This document shows, piece after piece, positions 16,071-25,450 of a stretch of 64,000 nt of DNA. How positions within the stretch are numbered: the stretch's first letter is position 1; every line of letters starts with the position of its first letter. The notes beneath the pieces were generated by a model. The model was given only the letters and a program-made list of their open reading frames with translations, searched no databases and was not told the DNA's origin. The DNA comes from Rickettsiales bacterium (lineage in GTDB: Bacteria > Pseudomonadota > Alphaproteobacteria > Rickettsiales > UBA1997), in contig JAIRXW010000025.1 in the NCBI GenBank assembly GCA_031268035.1, positions 3,452 through 67,451 of the forward strand, in the 5' to 3' direction. Both the position numbers and the translations under genes were made by a program.

Positions 16071-16112
16071 TCTTCGGCTAGATCACCCGGGCGCTATTGG
16101 AAGCGGCTAGCT

Positions 16113-16370
16113 CTATGTCTCCGGGCTGTTTTCTACACCATTGTTTCCGCTAAAATCGACATCCAACACATTGCTAGCATCAGCACTATCTTTGGTGATA
16201 AGACCCATCCGTAGTCCTCTGGTATTTTTTTCGAATTCTGATAGGATGTCCTGCACAGCATCGCCGTCGTTGTTCAGATAGGGGACCGTTTCGAGATTTT
16301 CTAGAGCACCAAAAAATGGAGAATTTATCACGTTGGTTGGCTCATCGACACTTCCTTCTTTTTTTGACAT
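16113..16370 (-). CDS. small acidic hypothetical protein
   Basis: An 85-codon ORF with no recognisable motif. It lies immediately upstream of IR-R in the same orientation as paralogue 3 and the 733-aa gene. Confidence 0.35.
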   Translation of the reverse strand: MSKKEGSVDEPTNVINSPFFGALENLETVPYLNNDGDAVQDILSEFEKNTRGLRMGLITKDSADASNVLDVDFSGNNGVENSPET

Positions 16371-16428
16371 ATGAATAGTCGTATTTATTATAATGATGGT
16401 AGATACATTTTTTAATATTACAATCTAG

Positions 16429-18498
16429 ATGTTTCGGTTAGGAATAATTTTACGGGTTCTGATATTTTCTATTTTCATTGGTAATGCCTGGGGTAATGAT
16501 AATTTATTTATAAAAAAACATGGAGCGGTTGATGTTAAAAAATATCTTCCGGGGAGGGATGATGAGAATATATTTAGGCAGATTAGGAAAAATATAGCTG
16601 CTAAAAATTGGAAGAGGGCAGAGGCTCTGCTGAAAAACGTAAAGAGTGAGGGCTATAGAAAAGCCTTTGGGGTCTATCTAAAAATTAAGAAATTTAAAGT
16701 TGTCTTCAATATGCCGAGGGGCGAAATTATAGATATGATAGAATTCAATTCTAAAAATAGTTTCCTCAGAGAGTTTGAGCTTCTGAATCGGCGTATAGAA
16801 TTCTATTATCTGAATAATATTGTTAAATTCTCGGATGTGGCTGATTATTTTAACAAATTTAAGAGTAAAGATGTAAATGTGCTGATAAAACTTCTGAGGG
16901 ATGAGGGAGCTAAAATAGAGGGAGTGGGGAACAGAGGCCAGAAAGAATTGGAGTTGGCTAGGGAAAATCTAAATAGAAAGGTTCGAAATAGCTGGATAAA
17001 TAATAGTTTTCCTGCTGAGGATCAGGAAATTTTTCTGAATAGTTTTAATGATAAGATTAGTGAAAAGAATATTATAGAGAGGGCGGAACTGCTGGTCTAT
17101 AGATGGCAATTGAAAACACTGGCTGGGCTTTTGCCTATGATAGCTGACCAGCAGTATAGAGAATTATTTTCCACCATCATAAAAATGGGTAATTATCCGG
17201 CCTCATTGGATGAAATTATGAAGGGTGTATCTAAAAATCTACTGGAAAATGGAGCGCTGCTCTACGCTAGGGCTAAATATTTTGAATCTAGTGGGTCTAT
17301 GGAGGAAACCATTAGGATTCTGAATAGACAGTCTATGAGGAAATCGAAATATGCGCAGTTTTGCTATAGTCTAGTTGTGACCCAGACTAGAGAATTGATG
17401 AAAATGAAAAGGTATAGGGAAGCCTATGAGCTGGTTAGTGGCTATAGCCATCTAGCAGAGGGGGAGCGCGCCGATATACTGTGGCTATCTGGCTGGTTGG
17501 CCTTTAGATATGTTAAAAAATATGACAATGCCTATAGACATTTTACGGATCTCTATGGACATGTGAAAAGGCCCATCAGTAGAGCCAAGGCTGCCTATTG
17601 GCTTGGACGGACGGCCGAAGAAATGGGCAAAAGGAATGATGGCGTTAGCTGGTATAGAATTTCCTCTAAATTCCCTCTGACATTCTATGGCCAGTTGGCT
17701 CTCTATAGAATAGAGGATCTTGAGCCGGAGGGGGTTGAACCTAAAATTCCCAGTATTCCTTTTCCGAAAGCTCCCAGTGTAACCCAGGATGATATGTTGA
17801 ATCTCAGGAAGAATTGGCTGGTGAGATATGCGCTGTTATGCCATAGCTATGAAAATGGGAGAGAGGAGGCTAAAAATATATTCACAGTGCTTATATCTAC
17901 AATACTGAAGACAGAGGGGGAAATAGCGGGGCTTATAAAGATAATAGAGACTCTTGACGATGATACACTGACATTCGCTATGTCCATAGAGGCTAGTAGG
18001 AGAAAGGTATTTTTTATGGATAATATTTTTCCCCTTATGAAGACTGTGAAAAAAACCAATGTCAATAGAGCGCTGATCCATGCTATAGCTAAACAGGAAA
18101 GTGGTTTTGTGAGGTATGCCGAGAGTAATATGATGGCAAAAGGTCTAATGCAGATAATTCCATCCACTGCTAGGGAGATCTGTAGAGATTTGAATATAAA
18201 GTACAGTGCCTATAGGCTCAAAAGTGATTTGGAATATAATATAAAAATAGCTGATTATTACATAAAACAGCTGAACAAAAAATTTAATGGGGCGAAGGTT
18301 CTGGTGATAGCTTCCTATAATGCTGGTCCAGGATTAGTGGGCAGATGGCTGGAGGATTTTGGGGATCCGAGAGGCAAGGATATAGAATTTGTCATTGATT
18401 GGATGGAGTCTATTACGAGCTGTGAAACTAGGGAATATCTTCAGAGAGTGCTGGAAGCCTTTTTAGTCTATGAGACTATTTTGGGAGAGGAAAAATGA
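16429..18498 (+). CDS. slt: soluble lytic murein transglycosylase (Slt70-like)
   Basis: Signal peptide, a long superhelical N-terminal domain, and a C-terminal SLT domain with AIAKQESGF (catalytic Glu) ... GLMQIIPSTA ... ASYNAGPG. Confidence 0.85.
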   Translation: MFRLGIILRVLIFSIFIGNAWGNDNLFIKKHGAVDVKKYLPGRDDENIFRQIRKNIAAKNWKRAEALLKNVKSEGYRKAFGVYLKIKKFKVVFNMPRGEIIDMIEFNSKNSFLREFELLNRRIEFYYLNNIVKFSDVADYFNKFKSKDVNVLIKLLRDEGAKIEGVGNRGQKELELARENLNRKVRNSWINNSFPAEDQEIFLNSFNDKISEKNIIERAELLVYRWQLKTLAGLLPMIADQQYRELFSTIIKMGNYPASLDEIMKGVSKNLLENGALLYARAKYFESSGSMEETIRILNRQSMRKSKYAQFCYSLVVTQTRELMKMKRYREAYELVSGYSHLAEGERADILWLSGWLAFRYVKKYDNAYRHFTDLYGHVKRPISRAKAAYWLGRTAEEMGKRNDGVSWYRISSKFPLTFYGQLALYRIEDLEPEGVEPKIPSIPFPKAPSVTQDDMLNLRKNWLVRYALLCHSYENGREEAKNIFTVLISTILKTEGEIAGLIKIIETLDDDTLTFAMSIEASRRKVFFMDNIFPLMKTVKKTNVNRALIHAIAKQESGFVRYAESNMMAKGLMQIIPSTAREICRDLNIKYSAYRLKSDLEYNIKIADYYIKQLNKKFNGAKVLVIASYNAGPGLVGRWLEDFGDPRGKDIEFVIDWMESITSCETREYLQRVLEAFLVYETILGEEK

Positions 18499-19550
18499 AG
18501 TTGGGTATGGCGAGATTTTACGCTAGGAATGCCCGGCCAGACTATAATTTTCATAGGATAGAGGAGTTGTACAGAGAGGCGCTGGCGAATAATTTAGAAA
18601 TTATCATTTTCCCAAGATTGGCGCTCAGTGGTTTCTCTGTGGATGATGATTTTCTCGATAATGGCTACAGGGAGGAGCTTATGAAATATTTGGAGAAAAT
18701 TATTGCCCTTACGGAGGCTGGGGGAACAAAAATACTTATGGGTAGCCCTCTGGAGGAAATAATTCGTGAAAATGATGAAAGTTCTGGGATGGTGCTGAGA
18801 GATGCGGCTCTATTTATTGATAGTGGCTCTATAGATACAGAAATTTTTAGAAAGGAGATAGATAGGACAAATATTTTTGGGGACTATAGATATTTTGAGA
18901 AAAATAGATTTTTGAAGTATTTTACCCATAGGGGTAAAAAATTTTTAGTACTTCTATCAGATGATATCTATACAAATTTTAATCTATTTCTAGTGAGGGA
19001 AATTAAACCAAATTATGTCCTGTGTTTGGATAGTAATGGCCCAAGATCGAAGGAAATTCGCCAGAGGCAGCTTATAAAATTGGCGAAGTTTGCGAATTCT
19101 CCGGTTTTCTATCTGAATAGTGCTAGCTACTCTAGGGGTTTGCTTTTCAGAGGTGAGGTTACTCTGATAAATGAGGATTTTCAGATTGTTTTTGAGGATC
19201 TATATGGAGGGGATAGAATTCTGCCCTTTCATGTGGACTGTGAGGATGGCACAGAACTTTTTCTGGAAAAACCAGATAGAAACATGAATCCATTTTTTAT
19301 CATGGAAAAATATTTTAATTCCACTAGAGTTACACTAGATGTGGGTCGATTCTCGGATGCGGAGCTAGAGCAGATGGGCAAAAACGATTGTGAAATGGTT
19401 ACCTTCGAAAGGGGAAGAGAACAGAATACCAGATTTTTGAAAATAGCTGACTACATTAGTCCGGAACTGTTTGCTAGGATGCTTCCCGGGGAACAACGGG
19501 CCATCAGAGATACGATAGTGGATCTTTATCATGACAGAAATATTAAATAA
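18495..19550 (+). CDS. carbon-nitrogen hydrolase-fold protein (NadE N-terminal glutaminase-like), catalytic residues substituted
   Basis: The layout matches the nitrilase-type domain of NAD+ synthetase. IIIFPRLALSGF replaces FPELxLxGY (Arg41 for the catalytic Glu) and VLLSDDIY replaces ICED (Ser155 for the catalytic Cys). The ATGA overlap with slt suggests translational coupling. Confidence 0.55.
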   Translation: MKLGMARFYARNARPDYNFHRIEELYREALANNLEIIIFPRLALSGFSVDDDFLDNGYREELMKYLEKIIALTEAGGTKILMGSPLEEIIRENDESSGMVLRDAALFIDSGSIDTEIFRKEIDRTNIFGDYRYFEKNRFLKYFTHRGKKFLVLLSDDIYTNFNLFLVREIKPNYVLCLDSNGPRSKEIRQRQLIKLAKFANSPVFYLNSASYSRGLLFRGEVTLINEDFQIVFEDLYGGDRILPFHVDCEDGTELFLEKPDRNMNPFFIMEKYFNSTRVTLDVGRFSDAELEQMGKNDCEMVTFERGREQNTRFLKIADYISPELFARMLPGEQRAIRDTIVDLYHDRNIK

Positions 19551-19995
19551 AGTAGTGGTGATCTATACGGACGGAGCCTGCTCTGGAAATCCGGGCATTG
19601 GAGGCTGGGGCGCGGTGCTTATCTATGGTGAAAATACCAGGGAAATTTATGGAGGAAGCAGAAACACCACGAACAACCAGATGGAACTTACGGCGGCCAT
19701 AAAGGCTCTGGAGGCCCTAAAGTATAGGTGCAGGGTTGAACTGTATACGGACAGTCAGTATATAAAAAGAGGCATGTGTGAGTGGCTAAAGGTCTGGGAA
19801 ACTAATGGTTGGAAAAATTCAAAAAAACAAGTGGTAGCGAATCTTGAACTGTGGCAAAGGCTGAATAGTTTGGTAAAGCTGCATAGTGTGAGCTGGTTCT
19901 GGGTCAAAGGCCATGGAGATAGTGAAATGAATAACCTGGCGGACAGATTGGCAAAGAAATGGATAGGGGAAAATAAAAAGTTCGGTGGAGAGTAA
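19531..19995 (+). CDS. rnhA: ribonuclease HI
   Basis: IYTDGACSGNPGIGGWG, NNQMELTAAIKALE, LYTDSQY and VKGHGDSEMNNLADRLA are present, giving the D-E-D-D active-site pattern. Confidence 0.9.
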   Translation: MTEILNKVVVIYTDGACSGNPGIGGWGAVLIYGENTREIYGGSRNTTNNQMELTAAIKALEALKYRCRVELYTDSQYIKRGMCEWLKVWETNGWKNSKKQVVANLELWQRLNSLVKLHSVSWFWVKGHGDSEMNNLADRLAKKWIGENKKFGGE

Positions 19996-20052
19996 TTAAT
20001 TGACATTTAGACTTGGAATAGTACCCTAGTTCCACTGAGTTTAGGAATACGA

Positions 20053-20283
20053 ATGCCAAAAAAAGATATACATCCGAGTTGTCACCAGGTATGGCTGGTG
20101 CTCTCAAATGGACAGAAAATAGAGGTCGAATCCACCTGGGGAGGTGAGGGAGAGGTGATGAAGTTAGATGTTGATCCCACAAATCACCCTGCCTGGCGAA
20201 AGGACAAGAGTAGTTTTGTTAACGTTAACAACAATCAGGTTTCTAAATTTAAGAAAAAATTTGGAAACACATTTGGCTCCTAG
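20053..20283 (+). CDS. rpmE: 50S ribosomal protein L31
   Basis: MPKKDIHP...V.LSNG..IEV.STWG....MKLDVDP.NHPAW... is typical of alpha-type L31. Confidence 0.9.
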   Translation: MPKKDIHPSCHQVWLVLSNGQKIEVESTWGGEGEVMKLDVDPTNHPAWRKDKSSFVNVNNNQVSKFKKKFGNTFGS

Positions 20284-20402
20284 AAAAAAATCTATTTTTC
20301 ATCTGGAATCATTAGAATAATTAGTTGGAGGAGTGGTGTGGTGGAAAGAAGTCATGCTTTCCAGGCCACACGGAGCATGTTCTGCGCCTCTCCAGCAGAG
20401 TT

Positions 20403-21053
20403 CTAGTACAGAGTGTTGAAAATTCTGTCCCCGGCATCGCCTAGTCCAGGAACTATGTAGTTTTTGTTATTTAGCTTTTCGTCCACAGCTGCTGTTCTTA
20501 TTTTTATATTTGGGAAATCAGCAGAAAGTTTATTTACTCCTTCGGGGGCGGCTATGACGCACACAAATGTTATATTTTTTTCTTTCAGGCCTCTCTTCAG
20601 ATACATTTTTATAGCTTCAGTGGCTGTGCCTCCCGTTGCCAACATGGGATCGCAGATGTACAGTAGTGTGTCTTCCGGTTTCTTAAATTCAGCGGGAAGA
20701 CGATTATAGTACCAAACTGGCCTGCTGGTCTCCTCATCTCTGTAGATACCGAGATGTTGCAGTACGGCTCCGGGAATTAGGCTAGCGGCCGCCTCGAGCA
20801 TAATGGCTCCCGCTCTCATCACAGCAGATACGAATATTGTTCTACTGTCGTCGATAATCTCTACTTCCATTTTACTCAGAGGAGTCTCCAGGGTTGTTTT
20901 TCGAAGGGGTAAATTCCTAGTTGCCTCCATAAGAAGGAACTCTGATATTTTTCTAATGGAATTTCTAAATAGATCTGCGCTGGTGCGGCGATCTCTAATT
21001 ATTGAAAGATGATGAGACACCAGCGGGTGCTCTAGAATTTCAACATTTATCAT
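20403..21053 (-). CDS. upp: uracil phosphoribosyltransferase
   Basis: HPLVSHHLSIIRD..T, DPMLATGGTA (PRPP loop) and YIVPGLGDAGDRIFNT are present. Confidence 0.95.
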   Translation of the reverse strand: MINVEILEHPLVSHHLSIIRDRRTSADLFRNSIRKISEFLLMEATRNLPLRKTTLETPLSKMEVEIIDDSRTIFVSAVMRAGAIMLEAAASLIPGAVLQHLGIYRDEETSRPVWYYNRLPAEFKKPEDTLLYICDPMLATGGTATEAIKMYLKRGLKEKNITFVCVIAAPEGVNKLSADFPNIKIRTAAVDEKLNNKNYIVPGLGDAGDRIFNTLY

Positions 21054-21350
21054 AGTAACACGATTTTTTTCTAGGGTATTTTGGGCATGTGAAAAGTCAA
21101 TAGTTTCGTGGGATTTTTAGAATCATATTCCAGGGGTTTGTGTTATTTTATTCCCCCTAGTATTTTGCATACCTTTCTGGGGCTATTGTTTCTGAACAGC
21201 CTGCGGGGAAAACGAAAAATTTGACTTTTCCATAGACAGAAATAGTCTAGGGTAACTTTTATTAGATTTTATTAAAATAATACATACCAGGATGCTTTGG
21301 TGGCCCAGATGGGCGGATAACTGGTAGGTGTTCAACCGAGGTAAGTTATA

Positions 21351-22358
21351 GTGGAAGAAGAGGATGTTACTCCTTTGGGAGATGAGGTTGCTTTCGATGA
21401 AAATCAGAAAACGGCAGCACAGGAGAGCGAAGAAATAAAAAAGCCATTGTTTAGCATGAGAGATCTGCTGGATGCCGGTGTCCATTTTGGCCATAGAACC
21501 ATGAGATGGAATGCTAAGATGGCGCCATATATCTATGGTGTAAGAAATAAAATTCATATCATCGATCTGACGCAAACCGCCATACTGATGACCGAATCTA
21601 TGAGGATTCTGAAAGAAATAGTCAGAAAAAGAGGGCGAGTACTCTTTGTGTGCACAAAGAAACAGGGGGCCGAAAGTGTGAAAAATTTAGCTGAAGAGAT
21701 CGACCAGTTCTATGTGACTCACAAATGGCTGGGCGGTATGCTCACGAATTGGAAAACGGTTTCCCAGTCAATAAAAAAAATTAAGACCATAGAAAATCAA
21801 CTTGGCGATGAGAGTAACAAAATACTTAAGAAAGAGCAGGTGGTTTTAAATAAAACTCTGGTGAGATTAACCAATAATCTTAACGGCATACGGACCATGG
21901 GCGTTCTTCCGGATCTTCTGTTTGTCTTCGATATTCTGAAAGAATCCCTTGCGGTAAATGAGGCGAAGGCGCTAGGGATTCCTATAATGGCCATAGTGGA
22001 TACAAATTCAAACCCAGAGGTGGTGGACTATCCAATACCGGGAAATGATGATTCCATAAAATCTATACAGCTGTATTGTAGAATAATAGCCGATACTCTT
22101 AGGGATGTAAAACCACCAAAACCGAAACCCGAATTGCCAAATAGAAGATCCGCTCCAGGGGCCTCTGGTGCGGGTGATGGTAGGGATTTTCCTAGAGGAA
22201 GGGGTACCCGAGAAAGAGCTAGAGAAGACAGTCGCTCCTCGGGCACTACGGGTGAAGCGAGGGGTGAAGCGAAGGGCGATGAGAATGCTCCGGCGAATAT
22301 ATATGTCGATTCTACGGATAAATTTTCATCCATCGGCGTTCCCCAGACTATAGAATAA
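21351..22358 (+). CDS. rpsB: 30S ribosomal protein S2 with low-complexity C-terminal extension
   Basis: SMRDLLDAGVHFGHRTMRWNAKMAPYIYG..N.IHIIDL is present. The start is uncertain: GTG 21351, or TTG 21447/ATG 21456 nearer the conserved core. The C-terminal ~80 aa is Gly/Arg/Glu-rich and GC-rich. Confidence 0.9.
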   Translation: MEEEDVTPLGDEVAFDENQKTAAQESEEIKKPLFSMRDLLDAGVHFGHRTMRWNAKMAPYIYGVRNKIHIIDLTQTAILMTESMRILKEIVRKRGRVLFVCTKKQGAESVKNLAEEIDQFYVTHKWLGGMLTNWKTVSQSIKKIKTIENQLGDESNKILKKEQVVLNKTLVRLTNNLNGIRTMGVLPDLLFVFDILKESLAVNEAKALGIPIMAIVDTNSNPEVVDYPIPGNDDSIKSIQLYCRIIADTLRDVKPPKPKPELPNRRSAPGASGAGDGRDFPRGRGTRERAREDSRSSGTTGEARGEAKGDENAPANIYVDSTDKFSSIGVPQTIE

Positions 22359-22383
22359 TATTAACAAACAATGGGACAGGAAA

Positions 22384-23268
22384 ATGGTAGATCTAGTTCT
22401 AGTTAGGAGGCTTCGGGAGTCAACGGGCTGTGGAGTTGCGGATTGCAGCTCAGCTTTGGCTAACACAAATGGTAACTATGATGAGGCAATTGAGTGGCTG
22501 AGGAAAAAAGGACTTTCCTCGGCAGCCAAAAAAAGTGGGAAGATCACTGCAGATGGGCTCATTGGGATCTACAGTGACGGTAGGGTAGCTTCCATAGTGG
22601 AGGTAAACTCCGAAACTGATTTTGTAGCGAGAAATGAAAAATTTCAGGAATTAGTTTTAGACACAGCGAAAGCTGCTCTGAAAGTTAAAAATTCCGCCAA
22701 TTACCTAGAAGAGATTAAAAATCAGCCCTGTGCCTTCGGAAAAATTGCCGACGAATTTGCAGATAAAATCAATGTAATTGGTGAAAACATTCAACTGAGA
22801 AGGGGAAAAACTCTCGAATTAAGCGGCAATGGTGTGTTATCTTTCTATCTGCATAACAGAGTGTCTGATAATCTAGGTAAGATAGGGGTGCTGTTGGCTC
22901 TGAGTTCTAATGGCCCCGTGGATAAACTCGGAGAGCTGGGTAAACAGTTGGCCATGCACATAGCCGCCTCCAAACCTGAATTTTTCAGGGAGTCCGACGT
23001 ATCCGCAGAGAGGCTGGAGAGGGAGCGCACTGTTTTTGCAGAGCGGGCAAAAAATTCAGGCAAACCCCAGAATATTATCGAAAAAATGATTTCATCGGAA
23101 TTGAAAAAATTCTACGAAGAAAATTGCCTGCTGAGTCAAATTTTTGTTATGAATAACAAAATTAAAATTTCAGATCTTCTCAGTGATTTTGCAAAGACAA
23201 ATAATTCTTCCGTAGAAATTCAAGATTATGTTTATTTTGTACTGGGAGATGGGGTCGAGAAGAAATAG
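22384..23268 (+). CDS. tsf: elongation factor Ts
   Basis: LVRRLRESTGCGVADCSSAL....Y.EAIEWLRKKGL (UBA-like N-terminus), the TDFVARNEKF core, and position directly after rpsB. Confidence 0.95.
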   Translation: MVDLVLVRRLRESTGCGVADCSSALANTNGNYDEAIEWLRKKGLSSAAKKSGKITADGLIGIYSDGRVASIVEVNSETDFVARNEKFQELVLDTAKAALKVKNSANYLEEIKNQPCAFGKIADEFADKINVIGENIQLRRGKTLELSGNGVLSFYLHNRVSDNLGKIGVLLALSSNGPVDKLGELGKQLAMHIAASKPEFFRESDVSAERLERERTVFAERAKNSGKPQNIIEKMISSELKKFYEENCLLSQIFVMNNKIKISDLLSDFAKTNNSSVEIQDYVYFVLGDGVEKK

Positions 23269-23405
23269 TTAGGAAATAGTGAATTTAATTCGTGATTCAT
23301 GGGTTTTTTCTTTCCTAAATAGTTTTTCTCCTAAATGGAATAGAGTATTTAATACTTCCCCATTCTTCGAGCTCCTGTAGCATAGTCCAAAATAAATATT
23401 TGTTC

Positions 23406-23807
23406 ATGGACATAGTTAGAAATGTACAAAAGTTACTGTACGGCCAACTGTCGGGAGAAGACTATGGGGTGGATGTTGGTGTCTATTCCTATCTCCCCAG
23501 AGATGTCATTTTTCCATACATACTGATATCTATGGATGATATCGAGACCAGGCAGAATTTTGGCTACGATGCTGTCACAGTAAAAATTGAAATAAAAATA
23601 CTTGATAGAAATGAAAATAATCTCCAAATTTTAGAAATTTCTGACAAGGTACTGGCGATAATTATCAGTCTTCGAGGGATTATTTTTGAAAATTTGAGGA
23701 TTGTTAGTGTGTTCCCCATCGAAAATGAACTAAAGCTGCGGAGTGATATAAATTCAAGTTGGAGCAACAGATTGAGTTTTAAATTAGCTGTGGAGCGGCT
23801 TTCCTAG
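23406..23807 (+). CDS. DUF3168-type phage/GTA tail-completion protein (RcGTA g8-like)
   Basis: At ~134 aa it shows the DUF3168 pattern: N-terminal LxxxL...V(Y)xxxP...FPYIL(I), a hydrophobic beta core, and a C-terminal ...W...L.F.... It stands alone with no neighbouring phage genes. Confidence 0.55.
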   Translation: MDIVRNVQKLLYGQLSGEDYGVDVGVYSYLPRDVIFPYILISMDDIETRQNFGYDAVTVKIEIKILDRNENNLQILEISDKVLAIIISLRGIIFENLRIVSVFPIENELKLRSDINSSWSNRLSFKLAVERLS

Positions 23808-23838
23808 CAAAGCGTGTTCAAAATAAAAATCCCTGGGC

Positions 23839-24231
23839 ATGAAGAAAATCTATGTGGATGAAGAATCTGCCTGCGAACTCAGAAGAATTAGGAAAATAAT
23901 TGCTGTTATCATAGGACTATTGGAGGAAAAAATCGACGCCCTAAAGAATGGCGATAACATGCCAGAAAATAAGGAGGACATGGTTAGCCTGCTGCTGGGA
24001 AAAAATGAAAATGTTCTTTCGGCCCTATGCAAGCTTGGCAATATGATGATAAAGTTAAATGGTTTCGCACTGGAGGGCACGGCGGAAGATAATTTTTCCT
24101 TCGAAGAGGTGGATCTGAATATAATGAGAGATTATCTAGAAACCACAGTGAAAAGGGGACTAGAGCTTTGCAATTCGTCAGCCTGCTCCCCTGAATCACC
24201 CGATAGATTTGATAAAAATTCCTCTGGTTAG
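23839..24231 (+). CDS. hypothetical protein (3' end encoded by the first 80-bp repeat unit)
   Basis: A 130-codon ORF with no motif. The last ~17 codons (ACSPESPDRFDKNSSG*) lie inside the tandem array that starts at 24181. Confidence 0.35.
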   Translation: MKKIYVDEESACELRRIRKIIAVIIGLLEEKIDALKNGDNMPENKEDMVSLLLGKNENVLSALCKLGNMMIKLNGFALEGTAEDNFSFEEVDLNIMRDYLETTVKRGLELCNSSACSPESPDRFDKNSSG

Positions 24232-24550
24232 ATGGCAAATGTTGTTATTCGCCAGCACCAACTCACTCTCTTGAATCACCCGATAGATTTGATAAAAATT
24301 CCTCTGGCTAGATGGCAAATGTTATTATTCGCCAACGCCAGCCTGCTCCCCTGAGTCATCCGAGTGATTTGATAAAAATTCCTCTGGCTAGATGGTGAAT
24401 GTTGTTATTCGCCAGCGCCAATCTGCTCCCCTGAATCATCCAACAGATTTGACAAAAATTCCTCTGGCTAGATTTCGCTAGCCTGCTCCCCTGAATCACC
24501 CGATAGATTTGATAAAAATTCCTCTGGCTAGATGGCAAATGTTGTTATTC
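24181..24550. repeat. tandem repeat, 4 units of 80 bp + 1 of ~60-70 bp, derived from the 5' end of the adjacent membrane-protein gene
   Basis: The landmark ctga(a/g)tca(c/t)c recurs at 24191, 24271, 24351, 24431 and 24491. On the minus strand each unit reads NNNI(C/H)HLARGIFIKS(I/L)G*, compared with gene codons 5-22, NNNIRSLAMGIFIKSVRW, at 25211-25158. Confidence 0.9.
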
Positions 24551-25224
24551 TACGCTGAGATCTCTCTTCTTTTTTTAATAGCTTGGGAAATCAGATGGGT
24601 GGTATGATAAACCGTCAGAAAAGGTATAATTATACTCCTGCCAAAATATGTCAAAAACATACTAAAGTTTATCAGAGAGGGTTTAGCGAAGATGTAGGCT
24701 ACAAAATACAGGAGCAGTGGAATTTCTAGCAGCAGACAGAAAATGGCGATCTTTTTCTGTTTCCTGAAACTTGGCATTGTCAGGATTAGATAAACGGCTG
24801 CTAGGGTGGCAAAGGCCAGTGGAAACCAATTATATAGGGCTGCCTCGACATCCCTAATATGAAGCAAATGAATCATATAATCTTCCATATTACTATCAGG
24901 CAGTATGGGCGGTGGAACAAAAAATCTATCCACCCTGTAGTAATAGATTGCAGAATACCAGACAAGAAATGTAAATTCGCAGAGTAGCAGAAAATTGTTT
25001 TTTATACTTCCTAGTCTGTGCAGATAGAAGCTCAGAACCAGATTAATGATAATGGGGGCTAACATTAGCGCAAAAACAAACCATTGGGGAACAATACCTG
25101 GAGGTAATCCATAATTCACGACATACAACCATGCGACACACCACAATATGTTTATAAGCCACCTGACAGATTTGATAAAAATTCCCATAGCTAGACTCCG
25201 AATGTTGTTATTAGTAAAACCCAC
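24550..25224 (-). CDS. polytopic inner-membrane protein of unknown function
   Basis: Five or six hydrophobic helices. The track start at 25224 is GTG; an alternative is ATG at Met13 (MGIFIKS...). Confidence 0.6.
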   Translation of the reverse strand: MGFTNNNIRSLAMGIFIKSVRWLINILWCVAWLYVVNYGLPPGIVPQWFVFALMLAPIIINLVLSFYLHRLGSIKNNFLLLCEFTFLVWYSAIYYYRVDRFFVPPPILPDSNMEDYMIHLLHIRDVEAALYNWFPLAFATLAAVYLILTMPSFRKQKKIAIFCLLLEIPLLLYFVAYIFAKPSLINFSMFLTYFGRSIIIPFLTVYHTTHLISQAIKKRREISA

Positions 25225-25450
25225 AGTGGGCGGTAAATGTTGGCAGCTGTGGGGGGTTTCTGTCCCAAGGACGTCGGACCCCCCCCTGCTTCTGCTAGAT
25301 AGATTGCTCTAAATTCCAGGTAGAACTCTGTTTTTTCTGTGTATTATTTTACATTATTTTACCTCTGTAGATCATTTTTCTGCGCCAGATTTTGCTTCCA
25401 TACAGTATTCTTTTGTTTCAGTAATTTTAACAACCCGTTGGGATGTTCTT

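Noticed and set aside
21183-21575. 130-aa minus-strand ORF overlapping the rpsB start region.
   Set aside because: It runs antisense to the conserved S2 N-terminus, and its Cys/Phe/Ile-rich sequence looks like nonsense. It is spurious.
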